The notes below the pieces were generated by a model. It ran no database searches. It was not told the origin of the DNA and worked only from the letters and a program-made list of their open reading frames with translations. 64,000 nucleotides of DNA, from contig OZ024765.1 of assembly GCA_964016885.1 (NCBI GenBank), positions 18,848,001 through 18,912,000 on the forward strand. The letters are read 5' to 3'. The stretch comes from Eledone cirrhosa (lineage: Eukaryota). Made by a program: the position numbers and the translations under genes. The first letter of the stretch is position 1. Every line of letters begins with the position of its first letter. Of this stretch, positions 47,217-60,940 are shown piece after piece.

Positions 47217-50200
47217 CTTTCTAGTAACAACACTAAGAAACCCATGAACGCCACCACGTCCTAAATCTAACTCTGCGATCGTCATATCAAATCGAAATAC
47301 TTCACCAACTGTGGAAGATGAAGGATTGAAGAACTATGATATATAGCGAAGAGGCTCGTCTCCAGAACATTTAGTAAGGTGTAAGCCAAGGGTTGCCAAA
47401 TATTTTGGCGTCATTTCCCACATTCACATGAAAAAATGTTCCACCAGCCACCTGTATAGTAAATATTCCAAAGTATACCAAATATGTTTCGTAAATGTTT
47501 GTTCCTGGTTTAATTTTCCCAATTAGCTTCCTGATTTTTATTCAGGTTCTTTGCATATATTCCTTGAATAGGTTTTCGGGTAGCATACCTTCTTAAATCT
47601 CAAAATTCTATATCGGCCACCAAAGTTTCCAATGGCCCTCAATTTTCTGTTCAGCTGCTCATCGCCCACCCAACAGTTGAAACCGCCCAGTTGAGGAACC
47701 CCTGTAGGTAAGCTACCTCGAATGATGCTATATATTAATCGAGAGGAGGAGGTGACTATTATAATTTTTATAAGTAATGATCTTTTAAAGACAAGAGGAA
47801 ATTTCATCATTAATATCATAAATATATGTCTACAGAATACAGATTATCAAAATGAAATTAAAAGCAAGTAAATCAGGGGCCACTAAACTTTACATATTTA
47901 GTTTTATTTCTATCGTGAAAAATGTTGATCTTCAGATATTAGATTATGGCGGCTGTAATTGTCTTTGTGTTTACGTGTTTGTTTGAAATCCTATTTTAAT
48001 GTTCGTCTCTCTTTAAACATCGTTTATAGTTTGTTAAAATTAATTTTAGATTATTCGTACCTCGTCTGTGTGCTTTATTTTGATGTAGCGTCCCTGTCTT
48101 GTTTATTTTTGGTTACATTTTAAATGTGAAATACAGGACCATCAGACATTAAAATGAAATGTTACGTAAAACACACACCTTGTGTTTATTCCAGGTATTT
48201 AGATAGATGTCCACTGACAACAAAATAATACAATCATCCAGTGAAACTTGCTAATAATCCAGGTTCGTTGCAGTCACCATTCACAGTAAACAATGGTTAG
48301 AAAGAATCAAAAACAAAAACAAAAGACGTATTCAGCAGTTAATGAAGTGAAAACAAAATAAAAACAACTTTACTGAATAAAATTCATTTCTTAATTTCAA
48401 TAAGGTTTTTTGTTCTTTCTTTTATAAAAAAAAAAAATTTTAATTAAAATATGTTGAATATAATATGGGACATTACTACAACGTACAACATTATTAGTTC
48501 AAATCTTACTTAATAAAAGCAACAAATACGCAGTTATTAGCATAAAACCTAACGGAAATCGAACCCTAAATCAGGATCTCCACCGTCTCTAGCGCTTACC
48601 ATTAGGCCACAGGGACGGTTACAAAAATGCATTGAAAATTAATATTTACTTACCTATACTAGAAAAAACCGGAAGTGGAGAAAATTGAAAAACTTCTTCT
48701 TTTTCTTCCTCTGATTTTTGCCACGAACGATAACTCGTCTCTGACTTAAATCCAAACTTTGGTTAAAAAAAAATCAGAGGAAGAAAAAGAAGATGTTTTT
48801 CAATTTTCTCCACTTCCGGTTTTTTCTAGTAATGAAAAAGTAGGTTTATAAATATCAATTTTCAGTAAGTTTCTGTAACCGTCCCCTTAGCCTAGTGGTA
48901 AGTATAAGAGCCGGTGGAGGTCCAGGTCCGGGGTTCAATGACTGGCAGTGTGTCGTATTATATTTTTTATAGTATAAAACAAAAATAAAAAAGTAACTTT
49001 ATAAATATTAATTTTCACGCTGTTTTTATATCTGTCTCCGTGGCCTAATGGTAGGTATTAGAGACGGTGGAGAACCTGCTCTGGGTTTCGATTTCAGTCA
49101 AAGTCTATAGATAATAATTTCATTTTTTACTTTACTAGGGAAAAATTTAAATTTAAAAATATATAGTACAGATTCGGACTGAGATTGAACACCACATCAG
49201 TGTCTACATAGTCTCTAACACCTACCATGAGGCCAACGAAACAGATACAAGAACATAAGAAACAATTTATATTTATAAACCTACTTTCAATTTCCAAGCA
49301 AAATAGATGTGCTGGCGTTCATGGCTTTCTCATTGTTATTTCTACTATAATCAGGTCAATGTTTACATTTATTCTTCTGGGGCCTTCATAAAATATATTT
49401 TCACTTTCTTTCGGGTTCATTAGATCCTACAACCAGATGATCTACAGGGACCTTCTTCATGGTCATAGCTGATTATTAAATATATACGGGAGAGTGTGTG
49501 TGTATTAGATCTTGCCGTGATGTACTCAGCAATAATGGTTTTCAATTCCATCTTCCCTCCATCCTTGGTGTGTATATAAATATATATGTGATTTTAACGT
49601 ACAACGGCGACAATATATAAATCTGTTTTGTTTGATAATAATTAGATAAAGCTAAGTCTACAACCCCTGTTAAACGTTGAAACCACGACTATAAAATATA
49701 GCAACAACCACGACATAACAGTCTCTGGTTAAATATGATTTAATGAAATTATTGCTAGAGATTGATCCCTAATATTTTATCTCACTCCTTAACCAGGGAG
49801 GAAAGGTCCTCAGACTCGGACAATGTTGATAAGGAGAGCAGAGTGTATCCTTATTTGTCACGTCTTTCCAGTTGTCACGGTATATAAAAGGCAGTAGTAC
49901 TAGTCACTCCTGCGAAAGACGTTGTCAGTTAGCCTTCTGTAACGAGAGAAGAAGGTCGTGGCTTTTTTCCTCCCTATCACATAATTCATACATTTGTCAT
50001 CCTTTAGATATCAATATACAAGAGAAAGAAGAAAATTGAGAACTTCGGTCTTTTAAAAGTAACATTTATTACATTAGAGCAAAATCTTGCATTAACAATA
50101 TTTTGTGAGACTAAACATGGAATGGACGAAGAGATTATTAGAAGAAGGGCAATTGTCTCTATCTTAAACGTCAATACATTCTACAGAAAATCGAAATGAG

Positions 50201-51106
50201 AATAATTACAGAGATACTTTACAAAATGTTTCGCGATATGGTTCAAGTTATTTTGTAGTAATATGCAGCTATATTTATACATGTCTCTTATACCCCCTCC
50301 ACGAGGAAGTGTGAATATGTATGAATATGATTTTAAAGATGGCTAAACATGTTGAAGAAAAAAAAGGAATACAGATGCTAGGAATAATAAAACATTCCTT
50401 TGCTTAGCTAAATGTCGAGAGGTCTAAAACACTAGTTGAATGATATGTGTGATACGACCTAGAATATTGTTTTGGGGCACGGAGAAGCTATTGAAGGAAT
50501 CCAGAGAAGAACAAAACAGAAAACACCAGAATTATTAAGAAATATGTCTTCTGATGAAAGATGTTAAACTTTAGGGATTGCAAATTTAGAGGAGCTAAAT
50601 CTAAGAGGGTGGGGGGTAGTAGGACATGATAGAAATATATATTTAAAGGACTAATATTTAAATAGTAGTACACTATTCCAATTTAAAGCTCTGAATAACT
50701 CTTTCTTTCGGGGAGATATATCAAGCGAGTGACCTGATAGAAATATTTAAAATAATGAAAAGACTACAATATACAGTATTGCAGAAGTAAATGAAAATAT
50801 AAGAAGACATCACCATTGAACTGCAGATGAAAGTCAGTACTCTTTACATTTATCCCAGGTATATAGAAAGCTATCCTGATGTCCACTGATTGAAATATAA
50901 AACAATAAATAAACACCACAATCCAGTAAACGTTAGTAATAATCCAATTAAGCCGCCATTTACAGTAGAAAATAGTAAGAAAAACAAAGTCACACTCAGA
51001 AGTTACTGCAGTGAAAATAATAAAAATATTATTAATAAATAATAATAATTTCATTTCATATTATCATTAAATTGTTTGTCTATTTTTATTGTAAACATAA
51101 AATATA

Positions 51107-51141
<35 letters not shown>

Positions 51142-51792
51142 TCATACATATACATCGATACATTCTGTGAGTATGTCTTACTTAGGCAAAAGTCAAGTAT
51201 TTTGCGGGGAGGAACCAATCCGTTAAATTGATCCCAGTACATGACTGGTACTATAAGTTATATGCTCCAAAATCATAAAATGATGGGTTAATCTAAACAC
51301 TGAGAACACAAAGGTGGGGTAAAATTATTTAAAAATTGAGGTTTTAATATTTTATCTTTTATTTACAAATTATATGTCTTGGTGTCATATTTAAGGATAT
51401 AATGTAGTTATTGGTGGAAATAATATAATATGTGATGAAGAGGTGTATATAACTGTGGATATAGAATTGTTTTAATCATTATTTTTAACGGACGAAAAAA
51501 CTACATAATGACTTCTAGTCGGAGTTACGGGAAATTACGGCAAAGACCCTCCATGAAGGTTCAAATATTACACATTATCTATATATAGGAATCAGGCTAA
51601 GCAATTTACGGGCACGTCGCTCTAAGTTGGAATATTTTTAACAGACACGGGAGTTAGGTATGGCATATTTCAAATAAGAGAACATTATTACACACGGAGT
51701 CATTGTAGGTTCAAATCATTGTTAGACCGATCAGAAAGAAAATGGATATTTAATTCATGAAAAAACCTGAAGTGTGAAAGACAGAGTCGACC
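47217..51792 (+). repeat. Array unit 11, 4576 bp
   Basis: Between successive unit markers. Confidence 0.95.
50196..50258 (+). CDS. Candidate micropeptide copy, unit 11
   Basis: Same peptide. Confidence 0.38.
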   Translation: MRIITEILYKMFRDMVQVIL

Positions 51793-54700
51793 CATTCTAG
51801 TAACAACACTAAGAAACCCATGAACGCCACCACGTCCTAAATCTAACTCTGCGATCGTCATATCAAATCGAAATACTTCACCAACTGTGGAAGATGAAGG
51901 ATTGAAGAACTATGATATATAGCGAAGAGGCTTGTCTCCAGAACATTTAGTAAGGTGTAAGCCAAGGGTTGCCAAATATTTTGGCGTCATTTCCCACATT
52001 CACATGAAAAGATTTTCCACCAGCCACCTGTATAGTAAATATTCCAAAGTATACCAAATATGTTTCGTAAATGTTTGTTCCTGGTTTAATTTTCCCAATT
52101 AGCTTCCTGATTTTTATTCAGGTTCTTTGCATATATTCCTTGAATAGGTTTTCGGGTAGCATACCTTCTTAAATCTCAAAATTCTATATCGGCCACCAAA
52201 GTTTCCAATGGCCCTCAATTTTCTGTTCAGCTGCTCATCGCCCACCCAACAGTTGAAACCGCCCAGTTGAGGAACCCCTGTGGGTAAGCTACCTCGAATG
52301 ATGCTATATATTAATCGAGAGGAGGAGGTGACTATTATGATTTTTATAAGTAATAATCTTTTAAAGACAAGATGAAATTTCATCATTAAAATCATAAATA
52401 TATGTCTACAGAATACAGATTATCAAAATGAAATTAAAAGCAAGTAAATCAGGGGCCACTAAACTTTACATATTTAGTTTTATTTCTATCGTGAAAAATG
52501 TTGATCTTCAGATATTAGATTATGGCGGCTGTAATTGTCTTTGTGTTTACGTGTTTGTTTGAAATCCTATTTTAATGTTCGTCTCTCTTTAAACATCGTT
52601 TATAGTTTGTTAAAATTAATTTTAGATTATTCGTACCTCGTCTGTGTGGTTTATATTGATGTAGCGTCCCTGTCTTGTTTATTTTTGGTTACATTTTAAA
52701 TGTGAAATACAGGACCATCAGACATTAAAATGAAATGTTACGTAAAAAACATACCTTGTGTTTATTCCAGGTATTTAGATAGATGTCCAGATGTCCACTG
52801 ACAACAAAATAATACAATCATCCAGTGAAACTTGGTAATAATCCAGGTTCGTTGCAGTCACCATTCACCAATGGTTAGAAAGAATCAAAAACAAAAACAA
52901 AAGACGTATTCAGCAGTTAATGAAGTGAAAACAAAATAAAAACAACTTTACTGAATAAAATTCATTTCTTAATTTCAATAAGGTTTTTTGTTCTTTCTTT
53001 TATAAAAAAAAAAAATGTTAATTAAAATATGTTGAATATAATATGGGACATTACTACAACGTACAACATTATTAGTTCAAATCTTACTTAATAAAAGCAA
53101 CAAATACGCAGTTATTAGTATAAAACCTAACGGAAATCGAACCCTAAATCAGGATCTCCACCGTCTCTAGCGCTTACCATTAGGCCACAGGGACGGTTAC
53201 AAAAATGCAGTGAAAATTAATATTTACTTACCTATACTAGAAAAAACCGGAAGTGGAGAAAATTGAAAAACTTCTTCTTTTTCTTCCTCTGATTTTTGCC
53301 ACGAACGATAACTCGTCTCTGACTTAAATCCAAATTTTGGTTAAAAAAAAATCAGAGGAAGAAAAAGAAGATGTTTTTCAATTTTCTCCACTTCCGGTTT
53401 TTTCTAGTAATGAAAAAGTAGGTTTATAAATATCAATTTTCAGTAAGTTTCTGTAACCGTCCCTTTAGCCTAGTGGTAAGTATAAGAGCCGGTGGAGGTC
53501 CAGGTCCGGGTTTCAATCACTGGCAGTGTGTCGTATTATATTTTTTATAGTATAAAACAAAAATAAAAAAGTAACTTTATAAATATTAATTTTCACACTG
53601 TTTTTATATCTGTCTCCGTGGCCTAATGGTAGGTATTAGAGACGGTGGAGAACCTGCTCTGGGTTTCGATTTCAGTCAAAGTCTATAGATAATAATTTCA
53701 TTTTTTACTTTACTAGAGAAAAATTTAAATTTAAAAATATATAGTACAGATTCGGACTGAGATTGAACACCACATCAGTGTCTACATAGTCTCTAACACC
53801 TACCATTAGGCCAACGAAACAGATACAAGAACATAAGAAACAATTTATATTTATAAACCTACTTTCAATTTCCAAGCAAAATAGATGTGCTGGCGTTCAT
53901 GGATTTCTCATTGTTATTTCTACTATAATCGGGTCAATGTTTACATTTATTCTTCTGGGGCTTTCATAAAATATATTTTCACTTTCTTTCGGGTTCATTA
54001 GATCCTACAACCAGATGATCTACAGGGACCTTCTTCATGGTCATAGCTGATTATTAAATATATACGGGAGAGTGTGTGTGTGTGTGTATTAGATCTTGCC
54101 GTGATGTACTCAGCAATAATGGTTTTCAATTCCGTCGTCCCTCCATCCTTGGTGTGTATATAAATATATATGTGATTTTAACGTACAACGGCGACCATCT
54201 ATAAATCTGTTTTGTTTGATAATAATTAAATAAAGCTAATTCTACAAACCCTGTTAAACATTGAAACCACGACTATAAAATATAGCAACAACCACGACAT
54301 AACAGTCTCTGGTTAAATATGATTTAATGAAATTATTGCTAGAGATTGATCCCTAATATTTTATCTCACTCCTTAACCAGGGAGGAAAGGTCCTCAGACT
54401 CGGACAATGTTGATAAGGAGAGCAGAGTGTATCCTTATTTGTCACGTCTTTCCAGTTGTCACGGTATATAAAAGGCAGTAGTACTAGTCACTCCTGCGAA
54501 AGACGTTGTCAGTTAGCCTTCTGTAACGAGAGAAGAAGGTCGTGGCTTTTTTCCTCCCTATCACATAATTCATACATTTGTCATCCTTTAGATATCAATA
54601 TACAAGAGAAAGAAGAAAATTGAGAACTTCGGTCTTTTAAAAGTAACATTTATTACATTAGAGCAAAATCTTGCATTAACAATATTTTGTGAGACTAAAC

Positions 54701-55690
54701 ATGGAATGGACAAAGAGATTATTAGAAGAAGGGCAATTGTCTCTATCTTAAACGTCAATACATTCTACAGAAAATCGAAATGAGAATAATTACAGAGATA
54801 CTTTACAAAATGTTTCGCGATATGGTTCAAGTTATTTTGTAGTAATATGCAGCTATATTTATACATGTCTCTTATACCCCCTCCACGAGGAAGTGTGAAT
54901 ATGTATGAATATGATTTTAAAGATGGCTAAACATGTTGAAGAAAAAAAAGGAATACAGATGCTAGGAATAATAAAACATTCCTTTGCTTAGCTAAATGTC
55001 GAGAGGTCTAAAACACTAGTTGAATGATATGTGTGATACGACCTAGAATATTGTTTTGGGCCACGGAGAAGCTATTGAAGGAATCCAGAGAAGAACAAAA
55101 CAGAAAACACCAGAATTATTAAGAAATATGTCTTCTGATGAAAGATGTTAAACTTTAGGGATTGCAAATTTAGAGGAGCTAAATCTAAGAGGGTGGGGGG
55201 TAGTAGGACATGATAGAAATATATATTTAAAGGACTAATATTTAAATAGTAGTACACTATTCCAATTTAAAGCTCTGAATAACTCTTTCTTTCGGGGAGA
55301 TATATCAAGCGAGTGACCTGATAGAAATATTTAAAATAATGAAAAGACTACAATATACAGTATTGCAGAAGTAAATGAAAATATAAGAAGACATCACCAT
55401 TGAACTGCAGATGAAAGTCAGTACTCTTTACATTTATCCCAGGTATATAGAAAGCTATCCTGATGTCCACTGATTGAAATATAAAACAATAAATAAACAC
55501 CACAATCCAGTAAACGTTAGTAATAATCCAATTAAGCCGCCATTTACAGTAGAAAATAGTAAGAAAAACAAAGTCACACTCAGAAGTTACTGCAGTGAAA
55601 ATAATAAAAATATTATTAATAAATAATAATAATTTCATTTCATATTATCATTAAATTGTTTGTCTATTTTTATTGTAAACATAAAATATA

Positions 55691-55725
<35 letters not shown>

Positions 55726-56376
55726 TCATACATATACATCGATACATTCTGTGAGTATGTCTTACTTAGGCAAAAGTCAAGTATTTTGCGGGGAGGAACC
55801 AATCCGTTAAATTGATCCCAGTACATGACTGGTACTATAAGTTATATGCTCCAAAATCATAAAATGATGGGTTAATCTAAACACTGAGAACACAAAGGTG
55901 GGGTAAAATTATTTAAAAATTGAGGTTTTAATATTTTATCTTTTATTTACAAATTATATGTCTTGGTGTCATATTTAAGGATATAATGTAGTTATTGGTG
56001 GAAATAATATAATATGTGATGAAGAGGTGTATATAACTGTGGATATAGAATTGTTTTAATCATTATTTTTAACGGACGAAAAAACTACATAATGACTTCT
56101 AGTCGGAGTTACGGGAAATTACGGCAAAGACCCTCCATGAAGGTTCAAATATTACACATTATCTATATATAGGAATCAGGCTAAGCAATTTACGGGCACG
56201 TCGCTCTAAGTTGGAATATTTTTAACAGACACGGGAGTTAGGTATGGCATATTTCAAATAAGAGAACATTATTACACACGGAGTCATTGTAGGTTCAAAT
56301 CATTGTTAGACCGATCAGAAAGAAAATGGATATTTAATTCATGAAAAAACCTGAAGTGTGAAAGACAGAGTCGACC
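51793..56376 (+). repeat. Array unit 12, 4584 bp
   Basis: Between successive unit markers. Confidence 0.95.
54780..54842 (+). CDS. Candidate micropeptide copy, unit 12
   Basis: Same peptide. Confidence 0.38.
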   Translation: MRIITEILYKMFRDMVQVIL

Positions 56377-59300
56377 CATTCTAGTAACAACACTAAGAAA
56401 CCCATGAACGCCACCACGTCCTAAATCTAACTCTGCGATCGTCATATCAAATCGAAATACTTCACCAACTGTGGAAGATGAAGGATTGAAGAACTATGAT
56501 ATATAGCGAAGAGGCTTGTCTCCAGAACATTTAGTAAGGTGTAAGCCAAGGGTTGCCAAATATTTTGGCGTCATTTCCCACATTCACATGAAAAGATTTT
56601 CCACCAGCCACCTGTATAGTAAATATTCCAAAGTATACCAAATATGTTTCGTAAATGTTTGTTCCTGGTTTAATTTTCCCAATTAGCTTCCTGATTTTTA
56701 TTCAGGTTCTTTGCATATATTCCTTGAATAGGTTTTCGGGTAGCATACCTTCTTAAATCTCAAAATTCTATATCGGCCACCAAAGTTTCCAATGGCCCTC
56801 AATTTTCTGTTCAGCTGCTCATCGCCCACCCAACAGTTGAAACCGCCCAGTTGAGGAACCCCTGTGGGTAAGCTACCTCGAATGATGCTATATATTAATC
56901 GAGAGGAGGAGGTGACTATTATGATTTTTATAAGTAATAATCTTTTAAAGACAAGATGAAATTTCATCATTAAAATCATAAATATATGTCTACAGAATAC
57001 AGATTATCAAAATGAAATTAAAAGCAAGTAAATCAGGGGCCACTAAACTTTACATATTTAGTTTTATTTCTATCGTGAAAAATGTTGATCTTCAGATATT
57101 AGATTATGGCGGCTGTAATTGTCTTTGTGTTTACGTGTTTGTTTGAAATCCTATTTTAATGTTCGTCTCTCTTTAAACATCGTTTATAGTTTGTTAAAAT
57201 TAATTTTAGATTATTCGTACCTCGTCTGTGTGGTTTATATTGATGTAGCGTCCCTGTCTTGTTTATTTTTGGTTACATTTTAAATGTGAAATACAGGACC
57301 ATCAGACATTAAAATGAAATGTTACGTAAAAAACATACCTTGTGTTTATTCCAGGTATTTAGATAGATGTCCAGATGTCCACTGACAACAAAATAATACA
57401 ATCATCCAGTGAAACTTGGTAATAATCCAGGTTCGTTGCAGTCACCATTCACCAATGGTTAGAAAGAATCAAAAACAAAAACAAAAGACGTATTCAGCAG
57501 TTAATGAAGTGAAAACAAAATAAAAACAACTTTACTGAATAAAATTCATTTCTTAATTTCAATAAGGTTTTTTGTTCTTTCTTTTATAAAAAAAAAAAAT
57601 GTTAATTAAAATATGTTGAATATAATATGGGACATTACTACAACGTACAACATTATTAGTTCAAATCTTACTTAATAAAAGCAACAAATACGCAGTTATT
57701 AGTATAAAACCTAACGGAAATCGAACCCTAAATCAGGATCTCCACCGTCTCTAGCGCTTACCATTAGGCCACAGGGACGGTTACAAAAATGCAGTGAAAA
57801 TTAATATTTACTTACCTATACTAGAAAAAACCGGAAGTGGAGAAAATTGAAAAACTTCTTCTTTTTCTTCCTCTGATTTTTGCCACGAACGATAACTCGT
57901 CTCTGACTTAAATCCAAATTTTGGTTAAAAAAAAATCAGAGGAAGAAAAAGAAGATGTTTTTCAATTTTCTCCACTTCCGGTTTTTTCTAGTAATGAAAA
58001 AGTAGGTTTATAAATATCAATTTTCAGTAAGTTTCTGTAACCGTCCCTTTAGCCTAGTGGTAAGTATAAGAGCCGGTGGAGGTCCAGGTCCGGGTTTCAA
58101 TCACTGGCAGTGTGTCGTATTATATTTTTTATAGTATAAAACAAAAATAAAAAAGTAACTTTATAAATATTAATTTTCACACTGTTTTTATATCTGTCTC
58201 CGTGGCCTAATGGTAGGTATTAGAGACGGTGGAGAACCTGCTCTGGGTTTCGATTTCAGTCAAAGTCTATAGATAATAATTTCATTTTTTACTTTACTAG
58301 AGAAAAATTTAAATTTAAAAATATATAGTACAGATTCGGACTGAGATTGAACACCACATCAGTGTCTACATAGTCTCTAACACCTACCATTAGGCCAACG
58401 AAACAGATACAAGAACATAAGAAACAATTTATATTTATAAACCTACTTTCAATTTCCAAGCAAAATAGATGTGCTGGCGTTCATGGATTTCTCATTGTTA
58501 TTTCTACTATAATCGGGTCAATGTTTACATTTATTCTTCTGGGGCTTTCATAAAATATATTTTCACTTTCTTTCGGGTTCATTAGATCCTACAACCAGAT
58601 GATCTACAGGGACCTTCTTCATGGTCATAGCTGATTATTAAATATATACGGGAGAGTGTGTGTGTGTGTGTATTAGATCTTGCCGTGATGTACTCAGCAA
58701 TAATGGTTTTCAATTCCGTCGTCCCTCCATCCTTGGTGTGTATATAAATATATATGTGATTTTAACGTACAACGGCGACCATCTATAAATCTGTTTTGTT
58801 TGATAATAATTAAATAAAGCTAATTCTACAAACCCTGTTAAACATTGAAACCACGACTATAAAATATAGCAACAACCACGACATAACAGTCTCTGGTTAA
58901 ATATGATTTAATGAAATTATTGCTAGAGATTGATCCCTAATATTTTATCTCACTCCTTAACCAGGGAGGAAAGGTCCTCAGACTCGGACAATGTTGATAA
59001 GGAGAGCAGAGTGTATCCTTATTTGTCACGTCTTTCCAGTTGTCACGGTATATAAAAGGCAGTAGTACTAGTCACTCCTGCGAAAGACGTTGTCAGTTAG
59101 CCTTCTGTAACGAGAGAAGAAGGTCGTGGCTTTTTTCCTCCCTATCACATAATTCATACATTTGTCATCCTTTAGATATCAATATACAAGAGAAAGAAGA
59201 AAATTGAGAACTTCGGTCTTTTAAAAGTAACATTTATTACATTAGAGCAAAATCTTGCATTAACAATATTTTGTGAGACTAAACATGGAATGGACAAAGA

Positions 59301-60940
59301 GATTATTAGAAGAAGGGCAATTGTCTCTATCTTAAACGTCAATACATTCTACAGAAAATCGAAATGAGAATAATTACAGAGATACTTTACAAAATGTTTC
59401 GCGATATGGTTCAAGTTATTTTGTAGTAATATGCAGCTATATTTATACATGTCTCTTATACCCCCTCCACGAGGAATTGTGAATATGTATGAATATGATT
59501 TTAAAGATGGCTAAACATGTTGAAGAAAAAAAAGGAATTCAGATGATAGGAATAATAAAACATTCCTTTGCCTAGCTAAATGTCGAGAGGTCTAAAACAC
59601 TAGTTGAATGATATGTGTGATACGACCTAGAATATTGTTTTGAGGCACGGAGAAGCTATTGAAGGAATCCAGAGAAGAACAAAACAGAAAACACCAGAAT
59701 TATTAAGAAATATGTCTTCTGAAGAAAGATGTTAAACTTTAGGGATTGCAAATTTAGAGGATATAAATCTAAGAGGGTGGGGGGACATGATAGAAATATA
59801 TATTTAAAGGACTAATATTTAAATAGTAGTAGTACACTATTCCAATGTAAAGCTCTGAATAACTATATCTTTCGGGGAGATATATCAAACGAGTGACATG
59901 ATAGAAATATTTAAAATAATGAAAAGACTACAATATACAGTATTGCAGAAGTAAATGAAAATATAAGACATCACCATTGAACTGCAGATGAAAGTCAGTA
60001 CTCTTTACATTTATCCCAGGTATATAGAAAGCTAGCCTGATGTCCACTGATTGAAATATAAAACAATAAAGAAACACCACAATCCAGTAAACGTTAGTAA
60101 TAATCCAATTAAGCCGCCATTTACAGTAGAAAATAGTAAGAAAAACAAAGTCACACTCAGAAGTTACTGCAGTGAAAACAATAAAAATATTATTAATAAA
60201 TAATAATAATTTCATTTCATATTATCATTAAATTGTTTGTCTATTTTTATTGTAAACATAAAATATACTAATATATATATATATATATATATACATTCAT
60301 ACATATACATCGATACATTCTGTGAGTATGTCTTACTTAGGCAAAAGTCAAGTATTTTGCGGGGAGGAACCAATCCGTTAAATTGATCCCAGTACATGAC
60401 TGGTACTATAAGTTATATGCTCCAAAATCATAAAATGATGGGTTAATCTAAACACTGAGAACACAAAGGTGGGGTAAAATTATTTAAAAATTGAGGTTTT
60501 AATATTTTATCTTTTATTTACAAATTATATGTCTTGGTGTCATATTTAAGGATATAATGTAGTTATTGGTGGAAATAATATATGTGATGAAGAGGTGTAT
60601 ATAACTGTGGATATAGAATTGTTTTAATCATTATTTTTAACGGACGAAAAAACTACATAATGACTTCTAGTCGGAGTTACGGGAAAGACCCTCCATGAAG
60701 GTTCAAATATTACACATTATCTATATATAGGAATCAGGCTAAACAATTTACGGGAACGTCGCTCTAAGTTGGAATATTTTTAACACACACAGACACGGGA
60801 GTTAGGTATTGCATATTTCAAATAAGAGAACATTATTAAAGACGGAGTCATTGTAGGTTCAAATCATTGTTAGACCGATCAGAAAGAAAATGGATATTTA
60901 ATTCATGAAAAAACCTGAAGTGTGAAAGACAGAGTCGACC
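56377..60940 (+). repeat. Array unit 13, 4564 bp
   Basis: Between successive unit markers. Confidence 0.95.
59364..59426 (+). CDS. Candidate micropeptide copy, unit 13
   Basis: Same peptide. Confidence 0.38.
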   Translation: MRIITEILYKMFRDMVQVIL

